DNA of 64,000 nt from an uncultured Acidobacteriota bacterium (GTDB lineage Bacteria > Acidobacteriota > Vicinamibacteria > Vicinamibacterales > UBA2999), in the NCBI GenBank assembly GCA_963709325.1, contig CAVPVV010000003.1, positions 2,886,638 to 2,950,637 of the forward strand, given 5' to 3'. The notes beneath the pieces were generated by a model. It saw only the letters and a program-made list of their open reading frames with translations, had not been told where the DNA came from and searched no databases. The stretch's first letter is position 1; each line of letters starts with the position of its first letter. Position numbers and translations under genes: made by a program. Of this stretch, positions 26,093 through 35,112 are shown piece after piece.

Positions 26093-28723
26093 ATGCGCAA
26101 CGTCGCCACCGGTCTCGTGCGCTCGGCGACCACCGACAACGACGGCCGCTACGTCTTCACCAACCTGCCGCCCGAGGGACGCTACGAGTTGCAGGCGGAG
26201 CTGTCCGGCTTCGCCACGCACCTTCGGCAGAATCTCGTGTTCAACGCCGGCCAGCGCGTGGTGCTCAACATCCAGCTGCAACTGTCGACCGTCCAGGAAA
26301 CGGTGACGGTGTCGGGCGACAACCCGATCGTCCAGGCGACCTCCGCTGAGGTCTCGACCACGATCGATCGGCAGCAGTTCGAGACGCTCCCGGTGAAGGA
26401 GCGCAATTACATGCGGCTGCTGACGCTCGACTCCAACGTCGTGCAGAGCCGCCCCGGCACCAACGCCGTCAACGTCGGCGGCGGCGAAGTCTGGAACTTC
26501 GGCACCTACGTCGACGGCACGAACAACTTCTCCAAGTGGCTGACGCTCCAGCGCGCGCCGCAGCTGGGCTCCGGCGGGTTCGCCCTCGAAACCGTCAAGG
26601 AAATGCAGATCATCACGAACCAGTTCTCGGCCGAGTTCGGCGGTCATGCCGCGGGCGTGTCCAGCATGATCACCAAGAGCGGCACCAATTCGCTGGCGGG
26701 GTCCGCGTTCGTGATGATCCGCCCGGGTGACTGGGACGCGCGGCCGCCGCTGGCCTCGACGAAGGCCCCCTACAACCAGCAGCAGCTCGGCGGCACCGCG
26801 GGCGGGCCCTTGATCAAGGATCGCGCCTTCTACTTCGGCAGCTACGAGTACCGGCGCGAGCGCAGCGAGGTAGCACTGACCTCGCCCGAGGCGACCGATC
26901 CGGTCGTGAAGACGCCGGCCGACGAACACCAGGCCCAGTTCCGGGCCGACCTGCGCTTCACCGACAAGACCTCGCTGGCGGTCCGCTACAACATGGTGCG
27001 CTGGCACAAGGACAACGAGAGCGGCGGCCTCAACCTGCCCGGCACCGGCTTCCTGTGGGACAACAACGTCGACACGGTGCACGGCTCGCTCACGAGCATC
27101 CGCTCGGAGCGGTTCCTGAACGAGGTGCGCGGCCAGTTCTCGCGTTACACCGATTCGCGCCAGGCCAAGTGCGAAGGCGTGGCGATCGTGCGCACCGCCT
27201 ACTCGACCAGCGGCTGCTACGACCAGGGCACGTGGGGTGTGATACCTGAGGACACCTACGACGTGGCCGACACCGTGTCGTTGTGGATGGGCGCTCACAC
27301 GATCAAGACCGGCGGCTCGCTCACCTATGACGTGACCACGCAGCTGTTCGCACCGCTGCAGAACGGCGTCTACCGGTTCGCGGGATCGCCGAGCGTGGCG
27401 CCGACGCCGTTCCAGTACGACCAGGCATTCGCACTCGTCCCCGAAGCTCGCCTGATGTACCCGAAGGCCTACGTCGTCACCAGCTTCATCCAGGACGACT
27501 GGCGCATCAGAAACAATCTGACGTTGAACCTCGGTGCGCGCTATGACATCGAGTTCATCAAGAACGTGCCCGACTACCCGGCCCCGGCCGACAAGAACAA
27601 CTTCGATCCGCGGCTCGGTTTTGCGTGGGATCCGACTGGCGAACAGAAGTGGGCGATTCGCGGCGGCACCGGCTGGTTCACTCAGCAGCACCCGATCTTC
27701 ACGATCGTGAAGGGCGGCGTCGGCGGCCGGAACGGCCTGGTGACGCTGAACCTGACGCCGACCAGCCCGCTGTTCCCGACCTACCCGAACGCGATTCCGT
27801 CGCTGCCGTCGGACACGGTGCTGCCGATCCGGTCGATCCAGGAGATCTCGCCGACACTCGAGAACGAGCGCGCCTGGACCGCCTCGTTCGGGGTGCAGCG
27901 CCAGATCGGCGCCCGCAGCAGCGTGGCGATCGATGCCAACATCAACCGCGGCCAGAAGCACGGCTTCCTCGACGAGAACGCCCCAGCGTCGGTGCCCAAG
28001 GAGGTCCTGAACGCCGCGAACGGTGCGACTGTGCGGACCGTGGCGCAGGCCGACTTGACGCGGCCGACGCTGCCGGTGCCGAACGGCTTCCGGCGCGTCG
28101 AGATTCTCACCAACGAGGGTCGCTTCTGGTATCAGGGCATTCGCTTCTCCGGAACCCACCGCACCGAGCCGCTCACGCTATCGGTGTCCTACACCTACTC
28201 GAAGGCCGAGGACCGGCTGAACCACTGGTTCGCTCCCGAAGACAGTAACGATCCCGAGCTCGATCGGGGCCGCACCGGCGCCGATACGCCGCACAACTTC
28301 GTAGGCAGCTTCACCTGGAACGTGCCGGGTGGCGAGAACATCATCACCCGGGACTGGCGGTTGAGCGGCGTTTCGCGCTCGATGAGCGGGACGCCGTACT
28401 CGCTGCGCTACGCCGGCGACCCGACCGGCACGCAGCTGACGCAGTGCAGCACCCGTGGGTGCCAGGCGGCCCGGCCCGGCGCACGCAATACCGAACGCGG
28501 CGATCACATCAACTTCACCGACTTCACACTCGCGCGCATTTTCAGGGTCGGGCAGGACCGCATCGAGTTCAGGGCTGACATCTTCAACGCGTTCAACAAC
28601 TGGAACGTGATCGCCGACGGCTACGTGAACGTGGTCACCGCGGCGAACTTCGGCCAGCACACAGGAGGTAGCGCCGTCTGGCCGGGCAGACAGTTCCAGT
28701 TCGCGGCCACCTATCGCTTCTAG
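26093..28723 (+). CDS. TonB-dependent receptor-like outer-membrane protein with carboxypeptidase-regulatory-like N-domain (lacks its own signal peptide as assembled)
   Basis: 876-aa ORF. CarboxypepD_reg pattern [38 protein letters not shown]. Plug-like region [15 protein letters not shown]. Long beta-barrel ending [10 protein letters not shown] (aromatic C-terminus). Confidence 0.85.
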   Translation: [876 protein letters not shown]

Positions 28724-28759
28724 GTGCGAGGGTTGCGACGGGTGCAACAGGAGTTGTCG

Positions 28760-28870
28760 ATGACGAGTGAGCGCGTGACACGGCGGCAGTTCGTCGGAAT
28801 GGTCGCCGGCGCTGCCGCTGTTGGAGCGGGTTCCACGGCCCTCGTTCGCGGGCAGACCACGTCTGGCGGC
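28760..28870 (+). other. Detached twin-arginine (Tat) signal peptide of the cyclophilin gene, in a different frame from the mature domain
   Basis: caggag then ATG 28760: MTSERVTRRQFVGMVAGAAAVGAGSTALVRGQT in frame 2. The catalytic domain is in frame 0. Confidence 0.6.
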
Positions 28871-29414
28871 GCGCGTTCGCGTTCGCGTCCAGACCGAGCT
28901 CGGGGACATCGTCCTCGAGCTCGATCCGAACCGGGCGCCGGGCACCACCGCGAACTTCCTGCGCTATGTCGACGCCGGTCACTACGATGGGGGGACGTTC
29001 CATCGCACCGTGAAGCCGGACAACCAGCCGGAAAGCACGGTGAAGATCGAGGTGATCCAGGCCGGCGTCAATCCCGATCGCGCCAAGCAGGGATTTGCGG
29101 CGATTCCGCTGGAGCGCACCTCGGCCACCGGCCTCGCGCACAAGGACGGCGCGGTATCGATGGCCCGCGGCGCCCCGGACTCGGCAACGTCAGGCTGGTT
29201 CATCTGCATCAACGATCAGCCGTCGCTCGATTTCGGCGGCGCGCGCAATCCGGACGGCCAGGGCTTTGCTGCGTTCGGCCGCGTGGTATCCGGGATGGAC
29301 GTGGTCCGCCGGATCCAGCAGGCGCCGTCCTCGTCGGATCGCACCAGCAACACCGAGGCGCAGAAGCTGACGCCGCCGATCCGGATCAGCAAGGTGTCGC
29401 GTGTGACACCGTAG
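28821..29414 (+). CDS. Peptidyl-prolyl cis-trans isomerase, cyclophilin type
   Basis: VQTELGDIVLELDPNRAPGTTANFLRYVDAGHYDGGTFHRTV...GAVSMARGAPDSATSGWFICINDQPSLDF...GFAAFGRVVSGMDVVRRI: cyclophilin signature. The start shown in the track (28821) is an artefact of the frame change and cannot be trusted. Confidence 0.8.
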   Translation: MERVPRPSFAGRPRLAARVRVRVQTELGDIVLELDPNRAPGTTANFLRYVDAGHYDGGTFHRTVKPDNQPESTVKIEVIQAGVNPDRAKQGFAAIPLERTSATGLAHKDGAVSMARGAPDSATSGWFICINDQPSLDFGGARNPDGQGFAAFGRVVSGMDVVRRIQQAPSSSDRTSNTEAQKLTPPIRISKVSRVTP

Positions 29415-29423
29415 AATTCGAGG

Positions 29424-31052
29424 GTGCCGCCCGCCAAGCGTCGGCGCGGAGGAGCCGCGCCCGCCAATCCCGCCGCGCCCTCGCCGGCCCGTACCGAGAG
29501 CGGGAACCCGCGGGGCTCGAACTGGCAACCTCCGGCGGTGCCAATCGTCGTCGCGGTTCTGGTAATCGCGGCGGCGTGGATCGGCGCGGATCGCCTGGCA
29601 CATCGCGCGAAGGCCGGCGCGGCTTTGCCTGTGCCTGGCAGTCTCGCGGCGTTGCCGGAACCAGCTCGCGCGCAGGTGCAGGCGGCTGCTGCCCGCGTCC
29701 AAGGCTCTCCCGAGTCGGGCGACGCCGCCGGCGAGCTTGGCCGGGCGCTCCACGCCAGCCTGTTGAGCGACGCCGCCATCGCCGCCTACGCCAGAGCAGA
29801 ACAGATCGATGACGCATCCTGGCGATGGCCCTACCTCCGTGCGGTGCTGCTCGAGGAACGCAGCCGCCTCGACGACGCGCGCACGGCCCTTCAATCCGCG
29901 ATTGACAGAAACGGGGCGCCGGGGCTGGCGTGGTTCCGGCTCGCCGAGATTGCCTTCAAGCAGGGACGGCTCGATGACGCCGAGGCTGCGTATCGGCGCG
30001 CTGCGGACATGCCACCCGCGGACCCGTTTCGCCCGGGCGGCGTCACGTCCCGGCGCGTCCTCCCGATGAATACCTACGCGCAACTCGGCCTGGCCCGCAT
30101 CGCCCTGGATCGGCGGCAAACGTCGCAGGCCGCCGCGATGATCGACGCGATTCTCGCTTCGCAGCCGACGTTCGGCCCCGCGCGATCGCTGCGAGCCAGC
30201 TTCGATGCAAGTACGGCGGTGGCGCCGGCATCGAGCCGCGCCTACGTGCCGCCCAACGATCCAGAGGTCGACTCGATCGTGGCGATGTCAGCCATGCGCG
30301 ACCTGCTCCTCAAGCACGCGGCAGTCGCGGCGCGCGGCGGCGATCGCGAGTGGCGCGAGTTCCTCGTCCGCCGTGCCGCCGAACTCAATCCGCGAGACCC
30401 GAACGTGCTGATGGAACTCGCGGCGATGCTCCAGGCGACGAACCGAGCGACCGAGGCTCTCGAGGTCCTGCGGCAGCACGAGCAGTTCGTGCCTGGGGAT
30501 CACCACACGCTGGTGGAGCAGGGCCGCTGCCTCGCGGACCTGGGCCGGCTCGAGGAGGCGGAGGTCGTTCTTCGGCGCGCCGCCCGGGTGCGTGACGCGG
30601 CCGCCGAGTACAACCTCGGCACGGTCGTCGATCGGCTCGGGCGTTCGGATGAGGCCCGGGCACACTACGAAAAGGCTCTGGCAATCGATCCTTTTCACTC
30701 TCGCGCGTTGAACAATCTGGGCGTCCTGCTCGATCGACACGGTCAGGGTGCCGAGGCGATTCGGACGCTCGAGCGGGCGATTCAAGCCGATCCCGACAAC
30801 GCGGATGCCTATTCGAACCTTGGCAGCGCGTTGATTGGCGCCCGCCGGCTGCCTGACGCGCTTCGCACCATCGAAGTCGCCATCGCCCTAGATCCCGACG
30901 CGGCCGACCCGCACAACAACCGCGGCATCGCGCTGGCGCAGTCGGGCCGTCTTCAGGAAGCGATCGCGGAATTTAACACGGCCCTTCGCCTCGATCCCGC
31001 CCACGTCAACGCGCGCCGCAATCTCGGACAGGTGCAGCGGCTGGCCCGATGA
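29424..31052 (+). CDS. Tetratricopeptide-repeat protein with N-terminal membrane anchor
   Basis: 542-aa ORF, GTG start with TAGAAT 6 nt upstream. TM segment VPIVVAVLVIAAAWIG. Multiple TPR units in the C-terminal half (AEYNLGTVVDRLGRSDEARAHYEKALAIDP, ALNNLGVLLDRHGQGAEAIRTLERAIQADP, AYSNLGSALIG..., HNNRGIALAQSGRLQEAIAEFNTALRLDP). Confidence 0.85.
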   Translation: MPPAKRRRGGAAPANPAAPSPARTESGNPRGSNWQPPAVPIVVAVLVIAAAWIGADRLAHRAKAGAALPVPGSLAALPEPARAQVQAAAARVQGSPESGDAAGELGRALHASLLSDAAIAAYARAEQIDDASWRWPYLRAVLLEERSRLDDARTALQSAIDRNGAPGLAWFRLAEIAFKQGRLDDAEAAYRRAADMPPADPFRPGGVTSRRVLPMNTYAQLGLARIALDRRQTSQAAAMIDAILASQPTFGPARSLRASFDASTAVAPASSRAYVPPNDPEVDSIVAMSAMRDLLLKHAAVAARGGDREWREFLVRRAAELNPRDPNVLMELAAMLQATNRATEALEVLRQHEQFVPGDHHTLVEQGRCLADLGRLEEAEVVLRRAARVRDAAAEYNLGTVVDRLGRSDEARAHYEKALAIDPFHSRALNNLGVLLDRHGQGAEAIRTLERAIQADPDNADAYSNLGSALIGARRLPDALRTIEVAIALDPDAADPHNNRGIALAQSGRLQEAIAEFNTALRLDPAHVNARRNLGQVQRLAR

Positions 31053-31058
31053 GGCGTC

Positions 31059-33557
31059 TCACCTCGTTGACAGGGCGCAGATGTCGTTCAGGATCCCGGC
31101 CGCGGTGACAGCCGGGCCGGCGCCGGGGCCGCTTATCACTAGGGGCTCGTTCCGGTAGCGATCCGAAGTGAAGCTGATGATGTTGCGCGTACCCGTGGCC
31201 GCGCCCATCGGGCTCTCGATCGGCACAGCCACGAGGCGTGCGGAAACCGTCCTGGGAGTGGCGCTGACCACGTAACGAAGCACCCGTCCGCGCGCGTTCT
31301 CCGTCTCCACCTTCGTCCGCCATTCATCGTCGAGCGTCGGCAGGCAGTCCATGAACGCCGCGAGCGGCAGCTTCCGCAACTTCGGCGGGACCAGATCGTC
31401 CGGGGCCGCGGCGGGTCCGTGGTAGCCCATCATTCGCGCGAGGATGAGGCCCTTGCGACCGGCGTCCTGGCCCGAGAGGTCCTCGCGTGGATCGGGCTCT
31501 GCGTAACCGCGCTCGACGGCTTCGCGGACCGCGGCCGAGAACGGGCGGCCTGCCGAGATCTCCGACAGCACGAACATCAAGGTGCCGCTCACGCAGCCGT
31601 CGATTCGCCTGACGCGATCGCCGGTTTCTTCCAGCTTGTTGAAAGTATCGATGATCGGCAGGCCCGCGCCCACGGTGGCCTCGAAGCGCACGTTGCGGCC
31701 CGTGGTCCGGGCCGCGTCGAACAATTTCGAGTAACTCTCGGAGGGACCGGCCAGCGGCTTCTTGTTCGCGAGCACGACATGAAAGCCGGCGCGGGCCGCC
31801 AGCAGCAGAAGATCACCGGTTTCTTCGCCCGTGACGTCGACGACGACCGGCCGGGACACCGCGTGCTCGGCCATCCACGCGAGCGCCGCTTCGGCGCCAG
31901 CCCGAGTGCCGCCCAGGTCCGCGAGCAGGCGCCCGGCATCCTTCTGTTTCGCGAGCCGCAGCAGCCGTGCGCGCGACAGCCCCGACGCGTCGAAGACGAA
32001 GCCGGAACGATCCAGGAGGCCCACCATTCGCACCTGGCGCCTGGTGTCGAGCGCGGCAACCTGGTCGGCAAGGGCACGTCCGACCCGGCCGAAGCCAAGC
32101 AGCACGACGTCAGTCTGATGCGCAGTACGGGCCCGGCCGCCGCCGATCTTCGACAGCTGGAAGGCCGCGTGAACGCGCCTGGCCGCGTCGGGTGCTTCCT
32201 TGGCCACGACGACGAACGAGATGTTCCGTTCCGACGAGCCCTGCGCGATTGCGACGACGTTGAGACCGCCAGCCTCGAGCGCCGAGAACACGCGCGCAGC
32301 GATGCCGGGCGTCCCGGCCATGCCCTCGCCGACCACCGCAATCACCGCCATACCCTTTCGCGCGGAGACCCCGTCGATGAGCCCGGTTTCGATTTCGTGA
32401 CGGAACGCCTTGCTCACGCTGGCGACGGCGCGGTCGGCCTCGCTTTCCGCCACCGTGAACCCGATTGAGCTCTCCGACGAGCCCTGGAAGATCGTCGAGA
32501 CCGACAGCCGCTCGCCGTCGACGGCGGCAAACGTGCGCGCGGCGATGCCGTGCACACCGACCATGCCCTTGCCGGCGACCGTCACCACCGCCTGTCCCGG
32601 CAGGATGGCGAGCGCCTTCACCGGGAATCCGGGCTCGACGTGGCGAGCCGTGACCTCGGTTCCGGGGATGTCGGGATTGATGAACGAGCGGACGTGCAGC
32701 GCGATCCGCGTGCCGGAAATCGGAATCAGGGCCCGCGGGTGCAGGACCTTGGCGCCGTAATGCGCGACCTCTGCTGCCTCCTGGTGGTGTAGTTCGGGAA
32801 TGAGCCGCGCGTCGGGGACGAGCCGTGGATCCGCAGTCAGAATCCCTGGCACGTCCTTCCACAGCACCACCCGGCGCGCCCCCAGCACGCGACCGAGGAG
32901 TGTCGCCGTCAGATCGGATCCGCCGCGCCCCAGCGTCGTGATGCTGCCGTCGCGGGCCCGCCCGATGTAGCCGGTCACGACCGGGACGATGCCGCGCGAC
33001 AGGGACGGCTTGATCAGCTCCTTCGCGAGCACGCCAGTCTCGGAAATCAAGGGTGCGGCGCCGCCATGGTCGTCGTCGGTGCGGACGACGTCGAGGGCAT
33101 CGACGAATCGCGACGACCCGATCGCTGCAGCCAGGAGCCGTGCAGAGAGCTGCTCACCTCTGCAAACCATTGCGTCGCGAGTGCGTGCCTCGAGGTGCCG
33201 CAGCACGCTCACCGCCCGACACAGCTCGCGAAACTCGGTCGCCGAGCGATCGATTTCGGCAATCACGTCGGCGAGCGCCGCGCGATCCTTCACCGCGGTC
33301 CTGGCCGCGGCGTGGTGTCGCGACTGGAACGTCTCGGCGGCGAGCTCGGCCTCGACCATCCGCCCATCGACCGCATGCCCGGCGGCGGCGATCAGCAGAT
33401 CGGTCATGCCGCCCAGCGCCGAGGCGACGATGACCAGCGGCCCGCCATGCGCGGCGATGCGCGCCGCGGCGCGAGTGATCGCCTCGCCGTCGGCGAGCGA
33501 CGCGCCGCCGAATTTCCAGACTTCCAGTGCCGGCTTTCGGGCCGTTGCCGCTGTCAC
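31059..33557 (-). CDS. thrA: Bifunctional aspartokinase / homoserine dehydrogenase (ThrA-like)
   Basis: 832-aa ORF with GTG start and AGGAG 6 nt upstream. VWKFGGASLADGEAI (AK N-terminus), TTLGRGGSDLTA, two ACT-like regions, LLGFGRVGRALADQV (Rossmann fold), homoserine dehydrogenase C-terminal domain. Confidence 0.9.
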   Translation of the reverse strand: MTAATARKPALEVWKFGGASLADGEAITRAAARIAAHGGPLVIVASALGGMTDLLIAAAGHAVDGRMVEAELAAETFQSRHHAAARTAVKDRAALADVIAEIDRSATEFRELCRAVSVLRHLEARTRDAMVCRGEQLSARLLAAAIGSSRFVDALDVVRTDDDHGGAAPLISETGVLAKELIKPSLSRGIVPVVTGYIGRARDGSITTLGRGGSDLTATLLGRVLGARRVVLWKDVPGILTADPRLVPDARLIPELHHQEAAEVAHYGAKVLHPRALIPISGTRIALHVRSFINPDIPGTEVTARHVEPGFPVKALAILPGQAVVTVAGKGMVGVHGIAARTFAAVDGERLSVSTIFQGSSESSIGFTVAESEADRAVASVSKAFRHEIETGLIDGVSARKGMAVIAVVGEGMAGTPGIAARVFSALEAGGLNVVAIAQGSSERNISFVVVAKEAPDAARRVHAAFQLSKIGGGRARTAHQTDVVLLGFGRVGRALADQVAALDTRRQVRMVGLLDRSGFVFDASGLSRARLLRLAKQKDAGRLLADLGGTRAGAEAALAWMAEHAVSRPVVVDVTGEETGDLLLLAARAGFHVVLANKKPLAGPSESYSKLFDAARTTGRNVRFEATVGAGLPIIDTFNKLEETGDRVRRIDGCVSGTLMFVLSEISAGRPFSAAVREAVERGYAEPDPREDLSGQDAGRKGLILARMMGYHGPAAAPDDLVPPKLRKLPLAAFMDCLPTLDDEWRTKVETENARGRVLRYVVSATPRTVSARLVAVPIESPMGAATGTRNIISFTSDRYRNEPLVISGPGAGPAVTAAGILNDICALSTR

Positions 33558-33742
33558 GCTGCGCTCCTGTCACGGACGGGAACACGAAGGCCACGAAGAG
33601 CACGAAGGACACGAAAGGTTTGAGTGATCAAGGAGGACACTGTTGGACTGTGGCGGGTTTGTGGGAAGGCGTGAACTACGTGCTCGAAGACCTTCGTGAT
33701 CTTCGTGTCCTTTGTGGGCTTCGTGTTCCCTCGGGCGTTCAT
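33554..33742 (-). CDS. Candidate 62-codon bridging/leader ORF, (x-Thr-Lys)x4 at its 5' end (hypothetical)
   Basis: Own reverse-complement translation: MNARGNTKPTKDTKITKVFEHVVHAFPQTRHSPTVSSLITQTFRVLRALRGLRVPVRDRSAA. Its ATG (33742-33740) overlaps the TGA of the upstream PLP-enzyme gene (ATGA). Its TGA (33556-33554) overlaps the GTG start of thrA (GTGA). In a high-GC genome an open frame alone is weak evidence. Confidence 0.3.
   Translation of the reverse strand: MNARGNTKPTKDTKITKVFEHVVHAFPQTRHSPTVSSLITQTFRVLRALRGLRVPVRDRSAA
33578..33730. repeat. Long imperfect inverted repeat whose arms are 9-nt-period tandem repeats (NNCACGAAG x4 / revcomp)
   Basis: Arm 1, 33578-33618: gggaacacgaaggccacgaagagcacgaaggacacgaaagg. 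Arm 2, 33689-33730: gaccttcgtgatcttcgtgtcctttgtgggcttcgtgttccc. The outer 12 bp are perfectly complementary and about 33 of 40 positions pair overall. The spacer is about 70 nt. Confidence 0.85.
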
Positions 33743-35112
33743 TGCACACCGAGCTCGGCGATTCGTTCCCGCTGCCATGCCGCCACATCGTCGGGCGAGA
33801 TCGTATCGGCGTAGTGCAGCGTCCAGTTCAGCGACGCGATCAGATCGTCGGCCTCCTCGAGACCCACTCCGAGGCGAATCAGCCGATCGAATCCGTTGCG
33901 CTTGAGTTGCGCCGGCGCCGTGAAGTACTCGGACACTGTCTGGTGGTGGTTCACCTTCGTTGCCAGCCCGTCGAATGACAGTGCGTAGCGGACGACGACG
34001 GTGGTCGCGAGGACGTCGGCGATATGCCGGGTCTGCGCTTCGTCGGCGCCGGCCACCCGGAACGACAGCAGCGATCCGTGCCGCACGTATTGATCTCGGA
34101 TGATCGCCGCGTCCGGGTGCGAGGGCAGCGACGGGTGAAACACTTCCGACACGCGCGGGTGCGCGGCCAGAAACGCGGCCACGCGCGAGGCAGTGGCCGA
34201 ACGCCGGGAGTGCGCATCGCGTGCGCCGTCCCAGCTCTCGAGGATGGCGGTTGCGCGCCGCCAGTCGAGGATGCCGCCGCGCATCGCGAGCAAATCCATC
34301 ACCCCGTTGCCAAGCGCGAGGTCGTTGGTGGCGATGTATCCCCAGAGGTCTCGATCGGTACCGCCGAGCGCTTTCGTACCGCTGCCGATCACGACGTCCA
34401 CGCCCTGGTCGAGGAGCGGCCGGCTGAACGCCCACGGTGTCGCGATGGTCGAATCGACAATCAGCCGCAGGTCCGGTGCGCCTCGACGCGCCTCAGCGAT
34501 CGTCGAGCGCAGCCTGGTGATGTCCTGCGCCCTCACCAGCGGGTTCGTGAAGGTCTCGGCGAAGACCAACGCGGTCTCCGGACGGATTGCCTCCTCGAGC
34601 GCCGACCAGTCGCCGTCGTCCACGATCGTCACGCTGCCGCCGACCCGGCCGGCCAGCGATTCGAGGTAGGTGCGCGTTTTGTTGTAGACCTGCCGCATCA
34701 GCACGGCGTGACGATCGCGCGTCATCAGCTCGTCGAACACGAGCGCCGTGGCCTGCATGCCCGAATCGCACGCGAGCGCCCCGCGCGCGTTTTCGAGCGA
34801 GCGCAACCGAGCCAGCAAATCAGCAGTGGGGCCGGTACCGTATCGCGCGTAGAGCTGCGGGAGCGCCGACCAGCAATGCTCGCCGAGGAACACGCTGGCC
34901 GCCTTCCCCTGCTGCCAGGCGATGACCCGCGTCGATCCGAACACGTCGAGCTGCACCGTAGGATCCGAGGGGTGCAAGTATGGCGTTCCCGAACGGCGGG
35001 CATGCGCGTCCAGAGCGTTGTGGAGATCGCGAGTGGCGCGGCCCATCGCGTCGAGCGAAGGGCGCTCCGGCGGGCACTGCCGTGGATCCAGCCAGGCTCC
35101 AACGCCGCTCAT
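33739..35112 (-). CDS. Cys/Met-metabolism PLP-dependent enzyme (O-acetylhomoserine sulfhydrylase / cystathionine gamma-synthase-like)
   Basis: The track ORF starts at 35130. ATG at 35112 gives an ATGA overlap with the stop of the upstream fusion gene and is preferred. PLP-lysine region VVIGSGTKALGGTDRDLWGY. The context (metX-hom upstream, thrA downstream) supports a methionine-branch role. Confidence 0.75.
   Translation of the reverse strand: MSGVGAWLDPRQCPPERPSLDAMGRATRDLHNALDAHARRSGTPYLHPSDPTVQLDVFGSTRVIAWQQGKAASVFLGEHCWSALPQLYARYGTGPTADLLARLRSLENARGALACDSGMQATALVFDELMTRDRHAVLMRQVYNKTRTYLESLAGRVGGSVTIVDDGDWSALEEAIRPETALVFAETFTNPLVRAQDITRLRSTIAEARRGAPDLRLIVDSTIATPWAFSRPLLDQGVDVVIGSGTKALGGTDRDLWGYIATNDLALGNGVMDLLAMRGGILDWRRATAILESWDGARDAHSRRSATASRVAAFLAAHPRVSEVFHPSLPSHPDAAIIRDQYVRHGSLLSFRVAGADEAQTRHIADVLATTVVVRYALSFDGLATKVNHHQTVSEYFTAPAQLKRNGFDRLIRLGVGLEEADDLIASLNWTLHYADTISPDDVAAWQRERIAELGVQ

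Noticed and set aside
26081-28159. 692-aa minus ORF antisense to the TonB-dependent receptor
   Set aside because: Arg/Gly/Asp-rich low-complexity translation. The plus strand has CarboxypepD_reg, plug and barrel features with an aromatic C-terminus.
28724-29812. 362-aa plus ORF
   Set aside because: Only residues 13-45 (the Tat signal peptide) look genuine. The remainder is an Arg-rich alternative frame over the cyclophilin and TPR genes.
33554-34435. 293-aa minus ORF overlapping the PLP-enzyme gene
   Set aside because: The upstream 231 codons are an Arg/Pro-rich alternative frame of the PLP-enzyme gene. Only the last 62 codons, from the ATG at 33742, are considered, and only as a hypothesis.
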